From Deltaproteobacteria bacterium (GTDB taxonomy: Bacteria; Myxococcota_A; UBA9160; SMWR01): a DNA stretch of 23,384 bases. The DNA lies in NCBI GenBank assembly GCA_032128115.1, contig JAQBHB010000064.1, forward strand, positions 1 to 23,384. Direction: 5' to 3'. Shown here one piece after another: positions 16,639 through 23,384 of this stretch; positions within the stretch are counted from its first letter, which is position 1, and each line of letters begins with the position of its first letter. Both the position numbers and the translations under genes were made by a program. The notes under the pieces were generated by a model. The model made no database searches. It was not told the DNA's origin and saw only the letters and a list, made by a program, of their open reading frames with translations.

Positions 16639-17013
16639 GCGAATCCTCCGCCCCTCGATCGAAGCGGCTGTGACCGCTTCACGGGCATCCGAAGCGGGCG
16701 AAGATCTCGCCCGTGCAGGGGGGAGTTGCGATCGGAGGAGGTCTCCCGATGCACCGCGTTAGGATACCCCTGGGCCCAGGCAGCGTCGAGCACCGGGTTT
16801 CGAGCAGGCGCACCAGGGCCGAACCCCTGGAAATCAGAGCGGGAATGAGGTTTCACCCGCGGTGGGCTCCCGCGCTTGGAGGGTCGTGAAGCGCGATTCC
16901 TTCCGGGCGAGATGCCGCGCCGCGTCGGATGAGCGCGCAGCAGGGCCCGAATCGAGACCCTCGGCCCGGGCCGGCCGTGGGGGCTACCCTGACTCCCCGC
17001 CCGGGAGGATGCC

Positions 17014-18036
17014 GTGCCTGGTTGGATCGCAATTGCAATCGCGCTCGCCCTGTGGACGCCCGTGGCTTCCGCAGACGACCTCCCCCAGAGCCAGGAAGAG
17101 AGACTGCGCCAGATCGAAGCCGAGGTGGAGCGAACCCTCGAGCTCGAACGCCAGATCAAAGCGGAGGTCGACCGTCAGGAGGCGCTCATGCGGAGGATGG
17201 AATCCGAGGAGACGAATGCCGCGCCCACACCCACGGACACGGACACGCGAAGCCTGGCCGACCGGGCCGACCCGCGAGCGGCACCGCGCGTCCCCGCGGA
17301 CCGCGATCTCCCGCTCGCGATCTTCGATCGCGAGGTGGTGACGATCCCGAAGGGCCAGTGGGGCAACGCGCGCCCCATGGAGGTGGTGCGCTACAGCCTG
17401 GACGCGGATCGCGACGGCAAGTCCGAAGAGATCCGTTACCACCACCCGGAGACTCGCGAGCTGCTGCGCATGGAGCGCGACCGGGACTACGACGGCAACC
17501 TGGACGCTTGGCAGACCTACGAGCGGGGTGTGATGGTGTTTCGCGCCCTGGACGAGGACGGAAACGGCGAGCACGACACCTGGGAGCGCTACGAAGACCA
17601 GCACATGGTCCGGCGCGAGATCGACCGGGATGCCGATGGCGTGAAGGACGCGTTCTTCAAATACGTGGGCGACTCGCTCGTCGAACAGCGCCACGACGCC
17701 GACAACGACGGACGCATCGACCTGGTGGTGTTCTACGAGCGCCGGCAGCGTGTACGATCCGAAGAGGACCGCGATCGCAACGGCCAGATGGACACCTTCA
17801 CCACCTTCACGTCGGTGAAGGGCGTCGAGCTGATCTCGCGCATCGAGCGCGACAGCAGGAATCGCGGCAAGCCGGACGTCTTCGAAACCTTCGACACGGC
17901 GAGCGGCAAGCCGGTGGTTGCGAAACGCGAAGAGGACGTCAACGGCGACGGGAAGATCGACGTGACGTCGATCTACAAGAACGGCAAGCTCGTGCGGCGC
18001 GAGATCCTGGACCCGTCGTTGATGCCCCCCGGCTGA
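17014..18036 (+). CDS. exported protein with N-terminal coiled coil and eight Dx[DN]xDG-like repeats
   Basis: Signal peptide WIAIAIALALWTPVASA. Repeats DADRDGK, DRDYDGN, DEDGNGE, DRDADGV, DADNDGR, DRDRNGQ, DSRNRGK, DVNGDGK. RBS GGAGG. Confidence 0.8.
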   Translation: MPGWIAIAIALALWTPVASADDLPQSQEERLRQIEAEVERTLELERQIKAEVDRQEALMRRMESEETNAAPTPTDTDTRSLADRADPRAAPRVPADRDLPLAIFDREVVTIPKGQWGNARPMEVVRYSLDADRDGKSEEIRYHHPETRELLRMERDRDYDGNLDAWQTYERGVMVFRALDEDGNGEHDTWERYEDQHMVRREIDRDADGVKDAFFKYVGDSLVEQRHDADNDGRIDLVVFYERRQRVRSEEDRDRNGQMDTFTTFTSVKGVELISRIERDSRNRGKPDVFETFDTASGKPVVAKREEDVNGDGKIDVTSIYKNGKLVRREILDPSLMPPG

Positions 18037-18062
18037 AGCGGGGACGAGGGCCGTGGGACGGG

Positions 18063-19379
18063 CTAATCCCCGGCGCCGTCTTCCAGCGCCTCGATCTCGA
18101 TCACCTTGCGCTGCTGCTCCCGGAAGCGCTGGATCCGCTCACGTTCGATCAGGAGCATCAACTCCTTGTTGCGCTGGCGAACGCGTTCCAGTTCGATCTC
18201 CAACTCGCGGCCCGAGAGCGAGGACGTGGCGAATTGCAGCTCGAGTTCGACGCTGCCGCTCGACCCGGCCGACGTCAGCACCGTCACGCGCACGCGATTG
18301 AGCCCCTCCCGCACCGGGACGAAGCCCGAGAAGGTGCCGTCCGGGGCGAGATTCACGTCGTAGGAGACCTCGCTGGTGGTGAGGTTGGTGAAAACCACGT
18401 CGTCCACATTCGCAAACGACACGGCCTGGAGGAACGAGACGATGTCTCCGGGATTCTGCACCGGCATGAAGGTGCCCAGGCTGATGCGCGCGATCTCGGT
18501 CGCGGCGTAGGGGCTCGACAGCGCGCTGGGCCCGAGGGCGTAGGTATTGATGGTGATGCCCGCCTTGTGAGCCAGGCGCGCCGCATTGAGCGCCGCCTCC
18601 ACGTCGCCCTCGTCCATGGCGTTGCCGAGGCCGAAGGGGAAGCTGGGAACCCCATCGGTGAGGAAAAGCACCACTTTCTTCGCGTCGGGACGCGGTCGGC
18701 TCTTGGCTCCCGAGAGACCCGCCAACTCCGTGATGGCCATGCGAATGCCGGCGGCGAAGTTCGTGGCGCCGTAGGCGCCGCGACCCTGGATGGCGGGCAG
18801 GATGGCGCGAACGCGATTGAGCGACGCGGTGAGGGGCACCTCCACCCAGGCATCCTGCTGGTCATAGCGGGCGCGCTTTCCGGTCACGTCGTTCATCTCG
18901 CCCGCGAAGGTCACGACACCGACGCGCACGCGGCCGGGGTCGAGGCTCGCTACCAGCGCATCGGCGGCAGCGATTTCCGCCGCCAGGATGCTGTCGCCCG
19001 GGTCCGTGGAGCGCGTGCCAGCCGGATACAGGCCGGGTTCCACCAGCTCGAGCTGGGGGTTGAACCCCACCTCGCCGTCCCCGTCCACGTCCGTGCCGCT
19101 GGCCTCGTCGGTGGAGCCGGAGACGTCGATGGCGATGATCACGTCGAACTGGGCCGGGCGGTCGCCCTCGGCGGCGGCGTTTCCGCGGATGGGAGCCTGG
19201 TGGACCTTGTTCGTCACCACGTCACCCGACCGAGGCGACTCGATCAGGATGCGGACCGGGGTCGTGGCGGCCTGGGCGGCAGTGGCCGCAGCCACCGGGG
19301 CCGAGACCACGAAGGCCAGCGGGATTGCAAGCGCAGACAACGAGAACTGGAGTAGAGCGAGCGCGCGACGCTTGAACAC
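18063..19379 (-). CDS. exported von Willebrand factor A domain protein
   Basis: Signal-peptide-like FKRRALALL...VAAA, MIDAS DVSGS / GATN / LTDG and C-terminal coiled coil. GTG 19379 has AAGGGA 7 nt upstream, and TATAAT lies at 19419-19424 (minus strand). Confidence 0.85.
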   Translation of the reverse strand: MFKRRALALLQFSLSALAIPLAFVVSAPVAAATAAQAATTPVRILIESPRSGDVVTNKVHQAPIRGNAAAEGDRPAQFDVIIAIDVSGSTDEASGTDVDGDGEVGFNPQLELVEPGLYPAGTRSTDPGDSILAAEIAAADALVASLDPGRVRVGVVTFAGEMNDVTGKRARYDQQDAWVEVPLTASLNRVRAILPAIQGRGAYGATNFAAGIRMAITELAGLSGAKSRPRPDAKKVVLFLTDGVPSFPFGLGNAMDEGDVEAALNAARLAHKAGITINTYALGPSALSSPYAATEIARISLGTFMPVQNPGDIVSFLQAVSFANVDDVVFTNLTTSEVSYDVNLAPDGTFSGFVPVREGLNRVRVTVLTSAGSSGSVELELQFATSSLSGRELEIELERVRQRNKELMLLIERERIQRFREQQRKVIEIEALEDGAGD

Positions 19380-19450
19380 AGACACATCCCTTGCGGTGGA
19401 AACTCCCCGATCGAACCAATTATATGTGATGCGCCGGGGCCGGGGGGGGT

Positions 19451-20785
19451 CTACTTGGGAGATCCCTGAATGGCACAGGGGCGGCCGCCACAATCCGAGG
19501 AAGATTCCTCCGGCGTTTCGTTCTCGTCTTCTGCCCAGGGATCGGATTCGCTCGCGGCTTCTTGCACCTGACTTGCCGGCTCATCGCCGGTTTCCGAAGG
19601 AGGCGCAAGCGTGGTCTCATGGGTCGAGGCCGCCGCGGCTTCGGCTTCGGTTTCAGGGAGCGGCGGTTCGGCTTCCTCCGTCGTGACTGGCTCTTGTCCG
19701 ATTTCTCCCTCGGGTTTTACGGCCGCCGCGCCCGTGGGAACGGCGACGACGTCCTCTGTGGACGCCAGCGGTGTCTTCGCGAAGCGATCGACCTTCGCAA
19801 GCCGAGCCGTGATGGCGTCCATCGCCTCCAGAACCACGATCCCCACCGACTCCAGACTCTCGCGGGTGCATTGGGCCGGTGCCGGTGCTTCCGCGACTTC
19901 GGCATCCTCGGCGCTCGCCGCGTCTTCGGGAGCCTCCTCGGGCTCCACCACGAGTTCCACCTCGCTCAAGGCAACCACCCGACGAAGGCCGTAGGGAAGG
20001 AACGAGCGATGGCTCGCGGTTGGCGTCTCGAAGCCCTGATCCGGCGGAAACTTGTCCGCGTGGCCGGTGCGCGCAGCGGCGCGGAAGAACTCTTCGCGGT
20101 AGGGGCGGTGGGAATTCAGGTCACGCGCGATCTGCAGCTGCGGATCACAGACCTCGCCCATCACCACCATCAGCCGGATCCGATCGATCACGTTGCTCTG
20201 GGCCAGGTTCAGCGCGAACGTCGTGCTGCCCAGAAGTGCCACGTTCGGCTGCCGGGGATCCCCTGTCGCGCGCACGGCTTCCGCATCGAAGAACGCGAGC
20301 CAGGTGGTGAAGGGAAGCGGGTTGTTCGCCAATCCCGCCGCCAGCTCCAGCAGCACGGCCGCACCCGAGGCTGCGGCCGGCCCGCCAGAAGCACCGTCTT
20401 CGGAGACCGGCGAGTCGTAGGAAGCAGCCAGGATCACCAGGTCGCTCGAGGCGCCCGGAATGATGCCGATCAGGTTCACGACGGAGAGCTTTTCCTCGAA
20501 CCTGGGCGGTACGGGAACCGTGCTCTCGTGGGTCTCGACCTGGATTCCCAGCTGGGAGAGCTGGTCCCGGATGTAGCCGCGAGCGCGCTTACTCTCCTCG
20601 GTGCCCGCGGCCCGGGCGCCGATCTTCTCCAGCGCCTCCAGGTGATTCCAGGCCGGCTCCGAAGAGAACGAGCGCACGTCCCCAGGGGGCCGAGGTTGGG
20701 ACGGGACGCCCGTCGATGCCCCGCATCCGATCGAGAACCCTATCAAAATCAGTGGGATGTAGAGGATCCCCGTGCGGAAAACCAT
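19451..20785 (-). CDS. M28 peptidase / glutaminyl-cyclase-like putative lipoprotein with degenerate metal site and acidic tail
   Basis: FSSEPAWNHLEALEKIGARAAGT, VNLIGIIPG...VILAASYDS, SGAAVLLELA and AFFDAE. Hydrophobic N-terminus ends in IGC. Confidence 0.75.
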   Translation of the reverse strand: MVFRTGILYIPLILIGFSIGCGASTGVPSQPRPPGDVRSFSSEPAWNHLEALEKIGARAAGTEESKRARGYIRDQLSQLGIQVETHESTVPVPPRFEEKLSVVNLIGIIPGASSDLVILAASYDSPVSEDGASGGPAAASGAAVLLELAAGLANNPLPFTTWLAFFDAEAVRATGDPRQPNVALLGSTTFALNLAQSNVIDRIRLMVVMGEVCDPQLQIARDLNSHRPYREEFFRAAARTGHADKFPPDQGFETPTASHRSFLPYGLRRVVALSEVELVVEPEEAPEDAASAEDAEVAEAPAPAQCTRESLESVGIVVLEAMDAITARLAKVDRFAKTPLASTEDVVAVPTGAAAVKPEGEIGQEPVTTEEAEPPLPETEAEAAAASTHETTLAPPSETGDEPASQVQEAASESDPWAEDENETPEESSSDCGGRPCAIQGSPK

Positions 20786-21030
20786 TCAGAACTCCGGTTG
20801 ACGCCCAACATGTTATCGCCTCCGTCGGGCAACCGGGGGTCTCAATGAAGCATGGGATTCGGGAATTTCCTGCACCTTCGTGACACTTCCCGGCGCTGGA
20901 GGCCACTTTCCTGTCGAGAGCCCTCCCTGGCGGGCTTTCCAAGAGTGGAAGGCAGGGCCCCAGTGTGGGGTCCTGCCTTCAATCCAGCTGCCCCCTCCCC
21001 CTCAGACACCGGTCCCGCGGAGCGCGTTTC

Positions 21031-22545
21031 ATGTCGCGCTTGTTTGGAGCTGCCCTGGTGGGCGTCGACGGTGTGGCCGTCGAGGTCGAGGTCCGGATCA
21101 GTTCGCTGTTGCCGCGGGTCGACATCGTCGGCCTGGCCGAGGCGAGCGTACGTGAGAGCGCCGCCCGGGTGCGGGCCGCCATCGCAACGGCAGGCCTGCG
21201 ATTCCCCGATCGCCGGGTCACGGTGAACCTGGCCCCAGCAGGCCTGCGCAAAAGTGGAGCCGGTCTCGACCTGCCCATCGCCGTCTGCATCCTGGCCGCC
21301 TCGGGTGCCGTCGACCCGGAAGCCATGTCCGGCCTGGGCCTGGTGGGTGAGCTGGCCCTGGACGGGCGATTGCGACCCGTGCGTGGCGCGTTGGCCCTCA
21401 CGCTCGCCGCGCGCAACGCCGGCTGCACGCGCGTCATCGTACCGATGGCCAACGGCGCGGAGGCCGCCCTGGCTCCAGGGGTGGAGCTGCTGGCCGCCGA
21501 TGACCTGGCCCAGGTGGTGGCCTATCTGCACGGCGCCGGGGATCTGGTGCGCCCTGACATCGGCAGCGGCGAGCCCCCTGCAGCCGCCCTGCAGGACCTC
21601 TGCGAGGTGAGGGGGCAGGCGCGAGGGAAGCGCGCACTCGAGGTGGCCGCCGCCGGGGGACACGGTCTGCTCCTGCGCGGTGCCCCGGGGTGTGGCAAGA
21701 CCATGCTGGCCCGGCGCCTCCCGGGACTGCTTCCGCCCCTCGATTTCGATGAGTCACTGGAGGTAACGCGCATCCACAGCGCCGCAGGGCAGCTGGACGA
21801 GGGGATGTCGATCGTGCGGGCCCGGCCCTTTCGTGCGCCCCACCACACCGCCAGCACCGCCGGACTGCTGGGAGGCGGCAGCCCGCCGCGCCCGGGCGAG
21901 GTGTCGCTGGCCCACCGGGGTGTCCTCTTCCTGGACGAGCTTCCCGAGTTCGAGCGGCGCAGCCTCGAAGCCCTGCGACAGGTGCTGGAGGAGCGCAGGG
22001 TCTTCGTGGTCCGAGCGCGCGTGTCTTGCGTTTTCCCAGCCAACTTCCAGTTCGTGGCAGCGGCCAATCCGTGCCCCTGTGGATGGCGGGCCAGCGACAC
22101 GCGCGAGTGCCGCTGCGACGACGCCGCCATCACCCGCTACGGAGCCCGGATCTCGGGCCCCCTGCTCGATCGCATCGACTTGCACGTGGGCATGCGCCCG
22201 GTGGCGTGGAAGGACCTGGATGCGTCCGACCCGGGCCTCGGGAGCGGCGAGGTGAGCTCCCGCGTAATCGAGGCGCGCCGCAGTCAGGAGCTGCGCGCCG
22301 CCGATCGGGGAGTCCGGACCAACGCCGACATCCCGGATGCCGAGCTGGACGTATGGGTGGCCGCCACCCCCGATGCCCGACTTCTGCTGGGCCGGGCCGT
22401 GGAGCGCCTGGGTCTATCGGCTCGGAGCGCCCGACGCCTGCTCAAGGTGGCGAGAACCATCGCCGACCTGGCCGGCGACGCGAAGACGGGCCCGGACGCC
22501 GTCGCCGAGGCCCTGGGCTACCGCGACGATGTAGATCGCCGCTGA
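21031..22545 (+). CDS. comM: YifB/ComM Mg-chelatase-like AAA+ ATPase
   Basis: VGLAEASVRESAARV, TVNLAPA, DLPIA, GELALDG, Walker A GAPGCGKT, RAPHH, LFLDELPEF, ANPCPCG, ISGPLLDRID and VARTIADL. Confidence 0.93.
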   Translation: MSRLFGAALVGVDGVAVEVEVRISSLLPRVDIVGLAEASVRESAARVRAAIATAGLRFPDRRVTVNLAPAGLRKSGAGLDLPIAVCILAASGAVDPEAMSGLGLVGELALDGRLRPVRGALALTLAARNAGCTRVIVPMANGAEAALAPGVELLAADDLAQVVAYLHGAGDLVRPDIGSGEPPAAALQDLCEVRGQARGKRALEVAAAGGHGLLLRGAPGCGKTMLARRLPGLLPPLDFDESLEVTRIHSAAGQLDEGMSIVRARPFRAPHHTASTAGLLGGGSPPRPGEVSLAHRGVLFLDELPEFERRSLEALRQVLEERRVFVVRARVSCVFPANFQFVAAANPCPCGWRASDTRECRCDDAAITRYGARISGPLLDRIDLHVGMRPVAWKDLDASDPGLGSGEVSSRVIEARRSQELRAADRGVRTNADIPDAELDVWVAATPDARLLLGRAVERLGLSARSARRLLKVARTIADLAGDAKTGPDAVAEALGYRDDVDRR

Positions 22546-22700
22546 ATCCCCTGGCGCCGCGCCGCCCTGGAGGCAAGGGCCGAATTTCGACACCGGGCGT
22601 CCGAAATCTGTCACCTGGGCCGTTGCCGCGATGCATCACCGGGATGCGGGCGATTCCACAACCTACTGTAATCATTGATTTTCTTTAATCTAGACTGTTC

Positions 22701-22716
22701 TGGCACGCTTTATGCT
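22701..22716 (+). promoter_or_regulatory. sigma54 (-24/-12) promoter of the small downstream gene
   Basis: TGGCAC-GCTTT-ATGCT (GG-N10-GC), preceded by an AT-rich IHF-like tract at 22668-22691. Confidence 0.7.
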
Positions 22717-22743
22717 CCTTTCGTGGGCGAGGGGGGAGAGACG

Positions 22744-22941
22744 ATGAGTGCAGCACCGCCCATTCCGAGTGCACAGCTCGCCCAGGCCACACCGGTCACA
22801 CTGCTCGAGCTCGTTCAGGCCGTGACGGAGGTCGCCGAGAACGACCGGGAGGTCGTGGCCACGGTCCTGCGGATGCTGTCCACCGGCCGCATCCGTCTGT
22901 GCGGAAACTTCCGAGACACCCCGCTGGACGACCTGCGCTGA
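22744..22941 (+). CDS. small hypothetical protein (65 aa)
   Basis: ATG with GGGGGGAG RBS downstream of a sigma54 promoter. [39 protein letters not shown] is amphipathic with GC3-biased codons. Confidence 0.75.
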   Translation: MSAAPPIPSAQLAQATPVTLLELVQAVTEVAENDREVVATVLRMLSTGRIRLCGNFRDTPLDDLR

Positions 22942-22961
22942 ACCGCGCGAAACCTCCCCGC

Positions 22962-22989
22962 TTGACCGCAGGGCCTCCTCGGGGAGAAT
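22962..22989 (+). promoter_or_regulatory. putative sigma70 promoter of top6B
   Basis: TTGACC, 16 nt, then GAGAAT, ending 26 nt upstream of ATG 23016. Confidence 0.4.
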
Positions 22990-23015
22990 CACGCGGCTGG
23001 GGGGGGTGGCCCATC

Positions 23016-23384
23016 ATGGCTGATCAGGAAAAGTTCACGTTCGGGCCCCGGACCGGAGCCCAGGGCGCCGCCGCGGGTGGCCGCAAATCCGCGCGGCGAC
23101 CCAAGGATCCCAAGAGACCCAAGGATCCCAAGAAGAAGGCAGACCGCAAGAAGACCCCGGCGCGAACCGCCCGGGGCGCGGCGCGCGCGCGCAAACCCGC
23201 GGCCGCGGCGGGGGGCGAGGGAGGCGGCGAAGGCCGCCGCTCGACCGCGGCGGATCTCGCCACGCAACAGCGGGACATTTCCGTCTCCGAGTTCTTCGCC
23301 AAGAACCGCCACCTGCTGGGCTTCGATAATCCCTCGAAGGCGCTCCTGACCACCGTGAAGGAGGGCGTCGACAACTCGCTCGAC
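23016..23384 (+). CDS. top6B: DNA topoisomerase VI subunit B, N-terminal part (runs off the window; absent from the ORF track)
   Basis: Own translation ends ...[40 protein letters not shown], the Top6B N-terminus with the GHKL N-box ExxDNxxD. Confidence 0.93.
   Translation, partial: MADQEKFTFGPRTGAQGAAAGGRKSARRPKDPKRPKDPKKKADRKKTPARTARGAARARKPAAAAGGEGGGEGRRSTAADLATQQRDISVSEFFAKNRHLLGFDNPSKALLTTVKEGVDNSLD
23098..23133 (+). repeat. exact 18-bp tandem repeat encoding RPKDPK twice
   Basis: GACCCAAGGATCCCAAGA at 23098-23115 and 23116-23133. Confidence 0.9.

Noticed and set aside
16929..19355. 808-aa + strand ORF
   Set aside because: Off-frame over the repeat protein and antisense to the VWA gene; R/G/P-rich with no domain.
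20866..20940. TTCC motifs spaced 20, 21 and 29 bp
   Set aside because: Too short and irregular to support a binding-site array or a CRISPR-like repeat.
1..23384. CRISPR arrays, tRNA/rRNA, transposases, integrases and defence genes
   Set aside because: No repeat-spacer periodicity, cloverleaf or relevant protein motifs were found by inspection.

Overview
GC-rich (roughly 70% by eye) bacterial chromosomal segment; the gene content suggests Myxococcota/Deltaproteobacteria (inference). It holds about 19 CDS, in order: 3' part of hflX, fabH, a phasin-like protein, a glutaryl-CoA-type acyl-CoA dehydrogenase, murQ, mutS2, a HemY-like flavin oxidoreductase, a GH36 alpha-galactosidase fused to a HAD phosphatase, an MFS transporter, folC, a small Cys-rich protein, an NRDE/TANGO2 protein, a patatin, three exported proteins (Dx[DN]xDG repeat protein, VWA protein, degenerate M28 peptidase), comM/yifB, a small sigma54-driven protein and the 5' end of topoisomerase VI subunit B. 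No rRNA, tRNA, CRISPR array or mobile element was seen. The strongest unexplained signal is a consensus sigma54 promoter at 11176-11191, with an upstream palindrome. It drives no credible ORF but precedes a ~86-nt self-terminating hairpin RNA with an exposed anti-Shine-Dalgarno bulge (candidate sRNA). This RNA is complementary to the leader of top6B 12 kb away. Other notable items are the GH36-HAD fusion, the M28 pseudo-enzyme, apparent leaderless genes and a 21-bp duplication of the folC -10/start codon.
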